Below the pieces are notes generated by a model that did no database searches, was not told the origin of the DNA, and worked only from the letters and a program-made list of their open reading frames with translations. From a virus: DNA of 11,811 bases. Within the stretch, counting starts at the first letter, position 1. The number at the start of each line of letters is the position of its first letter. Shown here piece after piece: positions 1 to 7,188 of this stretch. Position numbers and translations under genes: made by a program. The stretch is taken from the IMG/VR virus record IMGVR_UViG_3300027917_002728; one strand, written 5' to 3'.

Positions 1-14
1 GGCGACGGCAGTGG

Positions 15-46
15 GTCCATGTTTATGGGTGTCCATGTTTATGGGT
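15..46. repeat. Perfect 16-bp tandem duplication (GTCCATGTTTATGGGT x2) at the 3' end of the sulfatase-like gene. The second copy contains that gene's stop codon.
   Basis: Read directly: 15..30 and 31..46 are identical. The unit contains the short inverted repeat CCAT..ATGG. Confidence 0.6.
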
Positions 47-809
47 TCAGAGAGTCCGCCTCGAACCCATGTTGACTGAGGTACTGGATAATCCGCTCGC
101 GGATATCTTCATCTGCCGGCAGTTGTTCAGAGTCACACGCGGAGGCGTAATCGGGAAAAGCGCCAGACTTCCACTGGTTCTCCTGCACATTGAGCTGGTA
201 CCATCCCTGGCATAAGACCGCCTGGACGGTTTTGATCTGGTAGAACGGTGCGGCGACTTTTTTGGGTGACCCGGCGATGATGCTATAGATCACGCGACTT
301 TCGGACAAATCATTGCCAATCAACGATATGCCATCCATCCAGTCCGGTTTGGGGAGACCCATGTAGTCCAGCAGTGTGGGCGAAATATCCACATTCGCCG
401 TGTTGTGATTGAGCTCCTGCGCAAATTCCCCATCAGGGAAGTACATGATAAGCGGGATCTGGACATTGGTCCTGTATCTCAGCCCATGGTCACTGTAGAT
501 GATCAATATCGTATTGTTGAGCATCCCTTTTTCTCCGAGATAATTGTAGATCTGTTCCACGTAACCATCAAAACTGGCGATCGCATCATCGTAAAAATCC
601 TCATCCCAGGGATTGTATTTCATATCGCCTTGCGAATAAACCTGCTCCTCGAACGAAAATTTCCCCTGGATGTTGTCAACCAGGTTCACTGCGGAGCAAT
701 CCTCGTCGGAGGAAGCAGCAGACCCGTTGTACCTTGGGTGGTATGACCAGAACCGCCGCAACTCGTCAATGAATCTCTGTTTAAGAGCTTCGGTCAGCCT
801 GAAGTACAT
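39..809 (-). CDS. Sulfatase / alkaline-phosphatase-superfamily protein, C-terminal half only (256 aa). The N-terminal catalytic half with the nucleophile motif is absent.
   Basis: Motifs typical of the sulfatase / phosphoethanolamine-transferase C-terminal region, recalled from memory: NTILIIYSDHG, QIPLIMYFPDG, VDISPTLLDYMGL. No CxPxR/SxPxR nucleophile region is present. ATG at 809 has a strong SD (AGGAGGG) 4 nt upstream. Confidence 0.6.
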   Translation of the reverse strand: MYFRLTEALKQRFIDELRRFWSYHPRYNGSAASSDEDCSAVNLVDNIQGKFSFEEQVYSQGDMKYNPWDEDFYDDAIASFDGYVEQIYNYLGEKGMLNNTILIIYSDHGLRYRTNVQIPLIMYFPDGEFAQELNHNTANVDISPTLLDYMGLPKPDWMDGISLIGNDLSESRVIYSIIAGSPKKVAAPFYQIKTVQAVLCQGWYQLNVQENQWKSGAFPDYASACDSEQLPADEDIRERIIQYLSQHGFEADSLNP

Positions 810-813
810 TTTC

Positions 814-841
814 CCTCCTACCGACTATCCTCGATAGGAGG
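814..841 (-). promoter_or_regulatory. Inverted repeat in the 5' leader of the sulfatase-like gene. The 5' arm CCUCCUA can pair with the SD UAGGAGG, giving a potential SD-sequestering hairpin.
   Basis: On the plus strand, cctccta (814..820) and taggagg (835..841) are exact reverse complements with a 14-nt spacer. An alternative inner hairpin CTATC/GATAG lies at 825..837. The SD is 4 nt from the ATG. Confidence 0.3.
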
Positions 842-937
842 ATTAGGGTCAGGTCCGAACTCACAACAGGTGGGTCGGTCAGCTGCAAAGAGGATGGTCA
901 GAGACACTGCAACCAAGACCAGGACCCACCGTTTCAC

Positions 938-1138
938 CTAGCTCTCCAACACCCCTGTGATGACCGTAGTCGTCTCCGGGCCGGGGATCAACTGGCTGAC
1001 ACCCCCCTCTGGGTCCAAGATACGTTCGACAGGTCTTTCCTGGGAAATGTGCATTCTGTCGAACTGGAACACCACAGGATCCAGCTCGAATCCGTCCGGG
1101 TGAGGCTCCAGATATTCAATAGTGACCTTGACCTTCAT
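938..1138 (-). CDS. Hypothetical small protein (66 aa; MKVKVTIEYLEPHPDGFELDPVVFQFDRM...), translationally coupled (ATGA) to the upstream gene.
   Basis: ATG 1138..1136 overlaps the stop of the 95-aa gene as ATGA (plus strand tcat at 1135..1138). A GAGGA/GGAGGG SD-like sequence lies upstream. The longer track ORF (938..1210) lacks this coupling. Confidence 0.4.
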   Translation of the reverse strand: MKVKVTIEYLEPHPDGFELDPVVFQFDRMHISQERPVERILDPEGGVSQLIPGPETTTVITGVLES

Positions 1139-1422
1139 TCCTCTTGATCCCTCCGAAACACCACATTTTCGAGGAGATGGGACCCGTCTTTGAAGGCCCC
1201 GACTTTCCACGACTCGAACCTCATGCCTTTCTCATCCCCCACCTTGAGATCCCAAGAGGTTGTGTCAACAGTCCTCACGGGGCCATCGGGGAGTGGAAGA
1301 CGGGAGCCGTCAAGAATAACTCGACTAGCCTTGATCTCAAAGCGTCCTGGATACGACTGTATCCCACATACATCTGCTACCCCGATCACCACACCATCCA
1401 AACGGATTGCTTCTCCCCTCAT
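1135..1422 (-). CDS. Hypothetical 95-aa protein, ATGA-coupled to the stop of the actin-like gene.
   Basis: Plus strand tcat at 1419..1422 gives an ATGA overlap with the stop of the actin-like CDS. CAGGAG/GAGGA SD upstream. No recognisable family. Confidence 0.4.
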   Translation of the reverse strand: MRGEAIRLDGVVIGVADVCGIQSYPGRFEIKASRVILDGSRLPLPDGPVRTVDTTSWDLKVGDEKGMRFESWKVGAFKDGSHLLENVVFRRDQEE

Positions 1423-3518
1423 TCCTCGTACTCCTGCACGGCTTGCACCAGCATCCCGTAGGCCACCGCGTTCAGCGGCTCCCCTGCTTGCCGGATCTCA
1501 GACACCTCGATGGGGAACCGCTTCTTGGCAAAGACTTTCTCGAACAGGCCCATGAAGCCACCAGCCAGACTGGTCCCCCCAGAGACGACTAAGGGGATGG
1601 GCTTAGGCAATGCAAACTGGCCCTGGATGGCCTTGAACCGCTTGGCCACCTCATCTAGAACATAGTCGATCAGGGCCCGGTAATAGAGAACAACAGCTTC
1701 TTGCTCGCGATCCTCGGGTTTGGCCAGATCGATGCCCTGCTCCTTGATCGCGCAGATCCGTGCCTGGGTAGACCCGACCGACATGGCGGCACCTTTGTCG
1801 ATCCAGTCGCCTGAATTGTGTACTACCATCCCAACGGATGCGAAGGATCGGTGTGAAGAGTCTACCACGAGGTCATAGACATCACCTTTGTACGGGACTT
1901 CCTCCACCCCGCCAACGCGGAACAAACCAAAATCGGGAAGGCCCCCCAACATCTGCTCCACACAATTACCCTCCACGGAGAATAGGGTTTCCAACATGGC
2001 CTTGTGAACGTGCCCGCCAACCCGAACCGTGTACGAATCCTTGGTCCCCACGATCAGTACGCCATTAGGGTTAACCCCTCCTGTCCTCGGGGGCCTTTTC
2101 AAGATGGTGTGATGCACCCCCAGCCGAACCAGCAAATGGTGCGCCAACACCACAACAGGCAGCGACGTGTTATACAAAGCATACTGCTTGCGCCCTTCAT
2201 ATCCGTCACTGTCCAGCAACCCCTCCAAAATCCCCACGGCCATCGTGTTGCTGATTTTGTCCAGACCCAAAGGGAATACTTTGGTGCCCTCTGAGTCGTA
2301 AAAACGCTCCCGCATGTGCTGAGCCACCGATGTCATGTGGAGCTTCACACGTGTCACGTTCTCAGCAGGGTCGTCCACCACTTGAGGGGTTCGACCGAAC
2401 AGGGTGGTCAGGACAGAGCAATACTTGTCCACCAACTGACCGTCTTTGCGGTTGAAAGCCAACTGAACAAAACGGGGGTCTTCCGCATGAGGGCCACAAG
2501 AACCGTCCCCCAAGAACACCCCGAAGAAACGTCCCAGATTTCGGGCCCCAGCCACCGTGATGTTCTTCCCGTTTGCACGACCGAAATAGTAAGAGGAATT
2601 TGAACTCCTAGCAGGCTTGACTACGGGAGTTCCTACTACGTCCCCCTTCTGAAGGTCGGCAGCTTCTTTCCAAGACCAACTCAGACCCTGTTTGACAAGA
2701 ACACGATGATCTGAAGTCACCCGCTGAGGGAAAGCAGGCAGGCCCTCAAGAGAGACTTTGACCAGTGAGTTTCGGGGGCCATTGTTTACCACCTCGGCTA
2801 CGGAGACCAAGTCCCCGTGTGCTCCGATCACCTTATCCCCGGCTTTGATCTCCCGCACCGTACGTGGGCCTTGATCAGTACACACAAGGAAATCATCTGC
2901 CAGACAACGGGCCACACTGAAGCTCAAGCCCTCGATGGTGTTGATGGCAAGAGCTACGTTTGTCATTCCCGACCCAAAGCTCATCGACACCCCGGAAAAA
3001 TCCTCTTTGGCACACTCCGAGAAGATGATCGCCATGCCCTCATTTGAGGGGTAGGGGTCATAGCCGCACTCCTCCACGATGCGCTCGAACACTCCTCGGT
3101 GATAGATGACATCTCTGTCGGGCTGATCAATAGGCTGTGCCGGAACTGAAAAGTAGCACACCTCATTCTCCACCCTTGGCTCCCCCAGCACCTCCTTGAC
3201 TAGTAGCCCAAGGACATCGAGGGAGTCCGCTTCCTGGGGAGAGATGAGGCCCGCAGACAAGGGACGACGTGCTTCCCGGCCGAAAACATTTGCGATCTCC
3301 AGGGCAGCATCTCCCAAGACCAGAACTTCATCCTCTCTTTCCACGAAGCTCGTCTTTGCCAGCAAAAGACGCTTCCGGGCCGTGATCGGGAAATCCAGGA
3401 ACACGTCCCGCATTCGTTTGGTTTCCACTCCCTTGGAGGTCCTGCGAGCGGAGACCAGATTCATTGTTCCGATATCAAGCCCAACCCCTTTAGGGGCACT
3501 CGGTGTTCCCTTGGCCAT
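1419..3518 (-). CDS. Actin-fold (ASKHA) ATPase, MreB/ParM/Hsp70-like. The 699-aa precursor is interrupted by an intein. The mature extein would be about 335 aa.
   Basis: Phosphate-1 motif GVGLDIGTMNLVSA at the N-terminus. Phosphate-2-like SFGSGMTNVALAI. C-terminal adenosine/phosphate motif PLVVSGGTSLAGGFMGLFEKVF. Extein length is MreB-like. ATG at 3518 with AAGGA SD 5 nt upstream. Confidence 0.8.
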   Translation of the reverse strand: MAKGTPSAPKGVGLDIGTMNLVSARRTSKGVETKRMRDVFLDFPITARKRLLLAKTSFVEREDEVLVLGDAALEIANVFGREARRPLSAGLISPQEADSLDVLGLLVKEVLGEPRVENEVCYFSVPAQPIDQPDRDVIYHRGVFERIVEECGYDPYPSNEGMAIIFSECAKEDFSGVSMSFGSGMTNVALAINTIEGLSFSVARCLADDFLVCTDQGPRTVREIKAGDKVIGAHGDLVSVAEVVNNGPRNSLVKVSLEGLPAFPQRVTSDHRVLVKQGLSWSWKEAADLQKGDVVGTPVVKPARSSNSSYYFGRANGKNITVAGARNLGRFFGVFLGDGSCGPHAEDPRFVQLAFNRKDGQLVDKYCSVLTTLFGRTPQVVDDPAENVTRVKLHMTSVAQHMRERFYDSEGTKVFPLGLDKISNTMAVGILEGLLDSDGYEGRKQYALYNTSLPVVVLAHHLLVRLGVHHTILKRPPRTGGVNPNGVLIVGTKDSYTVRVGGHVHKAMLETLFSVEGNCVEQMLGGLPDFGLFRVGGVEEVPYKGDVYDLVVDSSHRSFASVGMVVHNSGDWIDKGAAMSVGSTQARICAIKEQGIDLAKPEDREQEAVVLYYRALIDYVLDEVAKRFKAIQGQFALPKPIPLVVSGGTSLAGGFMGLFEKVFAKKRFPIEVSEIRQAGEPLNAVAYGMLVQAVQEYEE
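1815..2906 (-). mobile_element. Intein (364 aa) with a LAGLIDADG homing-endonuclease domain, inserted in the actin-like ATPase after ...GLSFSVAR and before SGDWIDKG.
   Basis: N-terminal splice block CLADDFLVCTDQG...IKAGDKV (Cys1). Block B TSDHRVLV. Two LAGLIDADG motifs (GRFFGVFLGDGSC and VGILEGLLDSDGYEG). Block F VYDLVVDSSHRSF. Terminal VVHN followed by Ser +1. Codons checked on the sequence: tgt at 2906..2904, aat at 1817..1815, tca (Ser) at 1814..1812. Confidence 0.75.
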
Positions 3519-3519
3519 G

Positions 3520-4098
3520 TTAGTCCTTCTTTCTCTTTGACTTCCGTGTCTTCGAACGACCCTTCAGGGCTTTGGCAGCCTCGTCGATCCCACTGGAGTC
3601 GGACTCTTGAGACTTCACCATGACCCGGGCCTTGGAATCCTTGACAATTCCCTTGGGGACGAAGACAGGTTCTGGTGGGGCTGAAGCCACCTCCGCTACA
3701 GGCTGAGGAGAAACAGCTCTGGAAGACTGCAAAACAGGGCTCAGAGCCAACACCACCCTTTCGACGATCTCATCTGTGTCGATCTGAACTACTGGGGCCG
3801 GGACCGTAACAGAAACAGGTGGCATGCTCCCACCACCACCTCGGGTCGATCTCGGAAACACCCGTGCAGGCGGCTTACTAGGAGAGACTTTCAGGTTGGG
3901 CAACGGCTTGGCTGGTTTCTCCTGGTACCGCTCCACCTCGCGGACAAACACACCCCGGACCCGTCTGGCTCGTTTCAGGTCCTCCGACTCCCTCGCTTGT
4001 ACGGCTGGGATGTGTGCCACCTCCCCCTTGGACAACTCCAAGCCTAGGTCTTGCAGCCTCAAGAAGGTGCACAAACAAGTGATCTCAGCTTCCTTCAT
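3520..4098 (-). CDS. Hypothetical 192-aa protein with a structured N-terminal region, a Pro/Val/Ser-rich low-complexity linker, and a strongly basic C-terminal tail (KGRSKTRKSKRKKD).
   Basis: ATG at 4098 overlaps the upstream stop as ATGA (tcat at 4095..4098). Its TAA stop lies 1 nt before the actin-like ATG. No family recognised. The composition suggests a disordered linker with a nucleic-acid-binding or partner-binding tail. Confidence 0.5.
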   Translation of the reverse strand: MKEAEITCLCTFLRLQDLGLELSKGEVAHIPAVQARESEDLKRARRVRGVFVREVERYQEKPAKPLPNLKVSPSKPPARVFPRSTRGGGGSMPPVSVTVPAPVVQIDTDEIVERVVLALSPVLQSSRAVSPQPVAEVASAPPEPVFVPKGIVKDSKARVMVKSQESDSSGIDEAAKALKGRSKTRKSKRKKD

Positions 4099-4742
4099 TT
4101 GGTTGGGTCTCCCTGAGAGAGCTGCTCCAGGACCTCTTCCATCAGGATGTCTGCACAGGCTTGCCTGCCTTTTTTGATCGCTCTCTGCATGAAAGTGAAC
4201 TTCGCGATACCTGGGTGAATCCAGGCATCCTGGGTCTTCAATGGAGCCGTTCGGAAGATCACTGTACCCGACTTGGTCTTGATTGGGACAACAAGAGGCA
4301 GCCTTCTTCCCAACTCAATGGCCCCGCCTCTTTTCCTGGCCCCCCGGGAGCGTTTCCTCCTTCTCATCCCCAAGCGTTTCTCTGCCGGAGTTAGATGGAA
4401 GTTACCGTCGTAGGTGCTCTTGTACTCCTGGCTGAGCCAGGGCATCCTACGCATGGGGATATCCCCCGTCGTCAGCTCGCGGAGGCCATAGAAAGAGGAC
4501 GTGATCTCAAGGGTGCTTTTCCCTCGGACATGGTAAGAGAAAGAATCCCAAAGAGAGGGCCCCTTCATTGGGTCCTTCCCGGACCAACCCCGCTTGGCGA
4601 AGTCCTTTTTTGCCTCTTTGACGATTATGGAAACAAGGCACTCCCCGAGCTTCAGCAAGGTCTCGTGGGACACCACTATGCCTTGGGCCAGCTCCGACCA
4701 GGGCCTGCCATAGACCTTTCTGACCCTGACCTTGGCCTTCAC
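4095..4742 (-). CDS. Hypothetical 215-aa basic protein with an internal RRRKRSRGARKRGG stretch.
   Basis: GTG start at 4742 lies immediately after the TGA of the HicB-like gene and has a GGAGG SD 5 nt upstream. No family recognised. Confidence 0.5.
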   Translation of the reverse strand: MKAKVRVRKVYGRPWSELAQGIVVSHETLLKLGECLVSIIVKEAKKDFAKRGWSGKDPMKGPSLWDSFSYHVRGKSTLEITSSFYGLRELTTGDIPMRRMPWLSQEYKSTYDGNFHLTPAEKRLGMRRRKRSRGARKRGGAIELGRRLPLVVPIKTKSGTVIFRTAPLKTQDAWIHPGIAKFTFMQRAIKKGRQACADILMEEVLEQLSQGDPTK

Positions 4743-5039
4743 TCAGGCCTCCGTGGTGAAATGCGTCCCGTCGCTGAACAGAAGGTAAGGACCATCCACC
4801 GTAAGCGTCAGGGTCTCGTTCTCTGAGGTCTCTCCCAGATCAGGAACTGGAAGGTGGTCGAAAGGATCCCCTTCTAGGCCCATCTCCCGGTGTACAACCA
4901 CATGCCCAGCTAGGAGATGCTTGAGGTTGTATGCCAGGTCCTCCGGGTTATCGGCTTGTGCAACCAGGTCGATCTCTACAGGGCAGGCCAGCCATTTTCC
5001 TTCCTCCTGCCACCGCACAATGTGGAACTCCCAGCTCAT
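4743..5039 (-). CDS. HicB-like (UPF0150 / RNase H-like fold) small protein, 98 aa from ATG 5039. An alternative GTG start at 5078 gives 111 aa.
   Basis: N-terminus MSWEFHIVRWQEEGKWLACPVEIDLVAQADNPEDLAYNLKHLL matches the HicB-family pattern as I recall it (YxxxxEEDGxYxAxxPELPGCxSxGxTxEEALxNxxEAI). ATG 5039 lies 1 nt after the TAG of the upstream gene. GTG 5078 has an AAGGA SD. No HicA-like partner gene is visible. Confidence 0.4.
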   Translation of the reverse strand: MSWEFHIVRWQEEGKWLACPVEIDLVAQADNPEDLAYNLKHLLAGHVVVHREMGLEGDPFDHLPVPDLGETSENETLTLTVDGPYLLFSDGTHFTTEA

Positions 5040-5040
5040 A

Positions 5041-6453
5041 CTACCACGTGATGTTCTCCCAGACGGCAGTTCGACCACGTTGGTCCTTGTCGTCTGGTGT
5101 GTTGTCCTTCTCCGTGATCATGGGAGCCACCTCCCTGGGTCCTTCGGGGTAAGGAGGATCCCCAGTCCATGGGTGGATGGTGTCCGGGAAATCTCCATCG
5201 ATAGGCATGGAGGGGGCTTGTACGAAAGCGTATCTGGTCTCGGGGTACGTGTAATCCACCACCCCGTCAATGGGAACCTTGTACCGGATGTCCCCTTGAT
5301 CGAGATAGGCGATATTGAAGTGCTGCTGAAGCAGGTTACCTCTGTTCGAGGGCCTTCTGACAGGGCCCACAGAGTAACGCTCGTTGGTTTGCTTTACCAG
5401 GAAGTCCCGCTGGGTCACGGTAGGTGAAGGACCCATGAACACTTCATAGGAGTGCTCCATCTTGCGGCCGGTCACCTTCTGGCTTATCCGTCGTTCGGCA
5501 TCGTCTGGAGCAACGATGATGTCGAAGGGGCCCTCGTAGCCACCGCAGAAACCGGTCCCGAAGCAGGTGCAACACCTGGCCGAAGGCTGCTTGCTGAACT
5601 CCCGTGTCTTGCTCTCTATCATGCACGGGCAGGGGACTCCTGACTGACGACGGATGAAAAGCTTCACCCGCTCCCCGCCTTGTTGGAGGATCCAATGGTT
5701 CCGACGGATGGCCTCCCGCCAGATGTAGTCCAGGCGCTCTACTTCAATGACTGAGTGGGGCTGACAGTAGGATAGGTCCGTCTCTCGGAGTCCGCTGGGT
5801 GTGTCAGAGTCCAACACCACCGTCGTCAGCCGATACCATATTTTGGCGTCTAGCCCGGACCGGACACGATTACCCTCCCCCCTGTAGCTCACCTGGACCA
5901 CAGAGGACTCGGTAGGGAGGACAGCGCTCTCACACTTCTCGGTGCCCACATTGATGGTGGACTGGTTTATGAGGGTGATCTCACCAGTCCTCCCAAACAC
6001 CGACTCTACAGGCACCTCAACCCCATCGATGGTGACTGTGACATCGGAAGGGGAATTGGCATAGGTCACTGAATCGAAAGGTGCCCCGTCAATGGCCTTT
6101 ACAATCGGGTTCTGGGTCCGAAACACCCAACGACGATCGTTGGGGGCATCGCCTTTCGAGATCCAAGAAGTGGCCCAGTCAATGGTTTCCCCTGACACCG
6201 CCAGGCTGGTTGTCTGGTCCCGGTAGAACCCGCCCCCCACTGGGATTTCATTGATGCGGCTGAAGGGACCCCGGTCGGATACATCTGATCTCCAGATGTT
6301 GACCCCCACCACCGTGAAACTTGTGTTCCTGGCCAGCAGAGAGGGATCATCCCATCTGAGGTCGAGAACCCCTATCGTGAACGGACTCAGCACCTCCACG
6401 TTCTGCGGAGGTGCTGGTTGGTCAGCAGGACCAGCTGCCCACCCGGTCGTCAT
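5041..6453 (-). CDS. Hypothetical 470-aa protein with an Ig/FN3-like N-terminus and a central Cys cluster (CPCMIESKTREFSKQPSARCCTCFGTGFCGG), probably metal-binding. It may be a structural or adhesion-type protein.
   Basis: N-terminus PPQNVEVLSPFTIGVLDLRWDDPS is FN3-like. Seven Cys fall within about 30 residues. ATG 6453 directly follows the TAG of the upstream gene (plus strand catcta at 6451..6456). Confidence 0.55.
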   Translation of the reverse strand: MTTGWAAGPADQPAPPQNVEVLSPFTIGVLDLRWDDPSLLARNTSFTVVGVNIWRSDVSDRGPFSRINEIPVGGGFYRDQTTSLAVSGETIDWATSWISKGDAPNDRRWVFRTQNPIVKAIDGAPFDSVTYANSPSDVTVTIDGVEVPVESVFGRTGEITLINQSTINVGTEKCESAVLPTESSVVQVSYRGEGNRVRSGLDAKIWYRLTTVVLDSDTPSGLRETDLSYCQPHSVIEVERLDYIWREAIRRNHWILQQGGERVKLFIRRQSGVPCPCMIESKTREFSKQPSARCCTCFGTGFCGGYEGPFDIIVAPDDAERRISQKVTGRKMEHSYEVFMGPSPTVTQRDFLVKQTNERYSVGPVRRPSNRGNLLQQHFNIAYLDQGDIRYKVPIDGVVDYTYPETRYAFVQAPSMPIDGDFPDTIHPWTGDPPYPEGPREVAPMITEKDNTPDDKDQRGRTAVWENITW

Positions 6454-6828
6454 CTAGCCTGTGCCCCCCTCCATTACCCCCGTGATGAACATCTTCCCCT
6501 CAGGGGTGATGGACCATTGCTGGTTTTCATCTGGGTCAATCCCGAAGCGCCGAGCGGCATTCTCCATGACCTTCTGGGCCTTCTCGTCGACATCGCTCAG
6601 CATTCCCATGAGACGTGCCTTGCGCACCTCCAACTGACCCACCTCAAGTACGATCCTTTGAGACGATTTCCGAAGTGAGTCCAAGAGCTGCATCTCCGAG
6701 GGTTCCAGAACACCAATTGGTTCCGGTGTTTGGGCCTTGGTCGTTGACTCTTCCTGGGGCTCGGTCTCAACGGTTTCTGGTGTGGTACTCATTAGTCTCC
6801 CTTGTGGAAAGTTAGGGTAGCTCCACAC
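6454..6828 (-). CDS. Hypothetical acidic small protein. It is 124 aa from the GTG start at 6828, or 113 aa from the internal ATG at 6792.
   Basis: GTG at 6828 overlaps the upstream TAG by 1 nt. ATG 6792 has a GGGAGA SD 4 nt upstream. No family recognised. Confidence 0.45.
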   Translation of the reverse strand: MWSYPNFPQGRLMSTTPETVETEPQEESTTKAQTPEPIGVLEPSEMQLLDSLRKSSQRIVLEVGQLEVRKARLMGMLSDVDEKAQKVMENAARRFGIDPDENQQWSITPEGKMFITGVMEGGTG

Positions 6829-7067
6829 TACCCCACATCCTCCTCCACCTCAGACTCCTGCTGCAAAAGTTCTCCTCGTTGGCGCAGCTTCACCAAGAAG
6901 TTAATCAGGTGGGTACCCACCTTCTTCCTCAAGGTCAGTCGCGTTGGCGGAGAGATCATCTTCGGCAGCTTGGTGAAGGACCAGAAAACGGTACCATCGT
7001 CTGTGGTGTACTCGTACACCCGCTTACCAAACTGAGACCCCTCTTTCTTCTGTGGGCTTTGGCTCAC
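6828..7067 (-). CDS. Hypothetical 79-aa protein (MSQSPQKKEGSQFGKRVYEYTTDDGTVFWSF...). It is the first gene of the minus-strand operon.
   Basis: GTG start at 7067 has a strong SD (GAGGAGGG) 6 nt upstream, verified on the sequence. No family recognised. Confidence 0.4.
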   Translation of the reverse strand: MSQSPQKKEGSQFGKRVYEYTTDDGTVFWSFTKLPKMISPPTRLTLRKKVGTHLINFLVKLRQRGELLQQESEVEEDVG

Positions 7068-7188
7068 TTCGGGCCCTCCTCTCTACTCACGTCAGCCTAT
7101 AGGACAAGTAGGGGGATCGTTTTCTGAAGAACTGGGGTATAGAAGGCACAGTAACCAAACCGTCCCCAGAAGGGGGCTGGAGACAACA
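7068..7188. promoter_or_regulatory. Divergent intergenic promoter region between the minus-strand operon and the MVP gene.
   Basis: 121 bp between the GTG at 7067 and the ATG at 7189. Two TATAG motifs lie in opposite orientation (cctatagg 7095..7102, ggtatagaa 7136..7144). SD GGAG at 7179..7182 sits 6 nt before the MVP ATG. Exact -35/-10 or TATA/BRE assignment cannot be made by eye. Confidence 0.3.

Noticed and set aside
405-5427. Many plus-strand ORFs of 61-168 aa listed by the track (405..746, 1144..1461, 1190..1555, 1838..2068, 2004..2294, 2316..2603, 2817..3047, 3196..3540, 3824..4177, 4161..4394, 4395..4826, 4921..5427 and others).
   Set aside because: All lie antisense to longer minus-strand genes that have recognisable domains, SD sites and coupled junctions. 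Open antisense frames are expected in GC-rich coding DNA. None has a convincing RBS or a recognisable motif.
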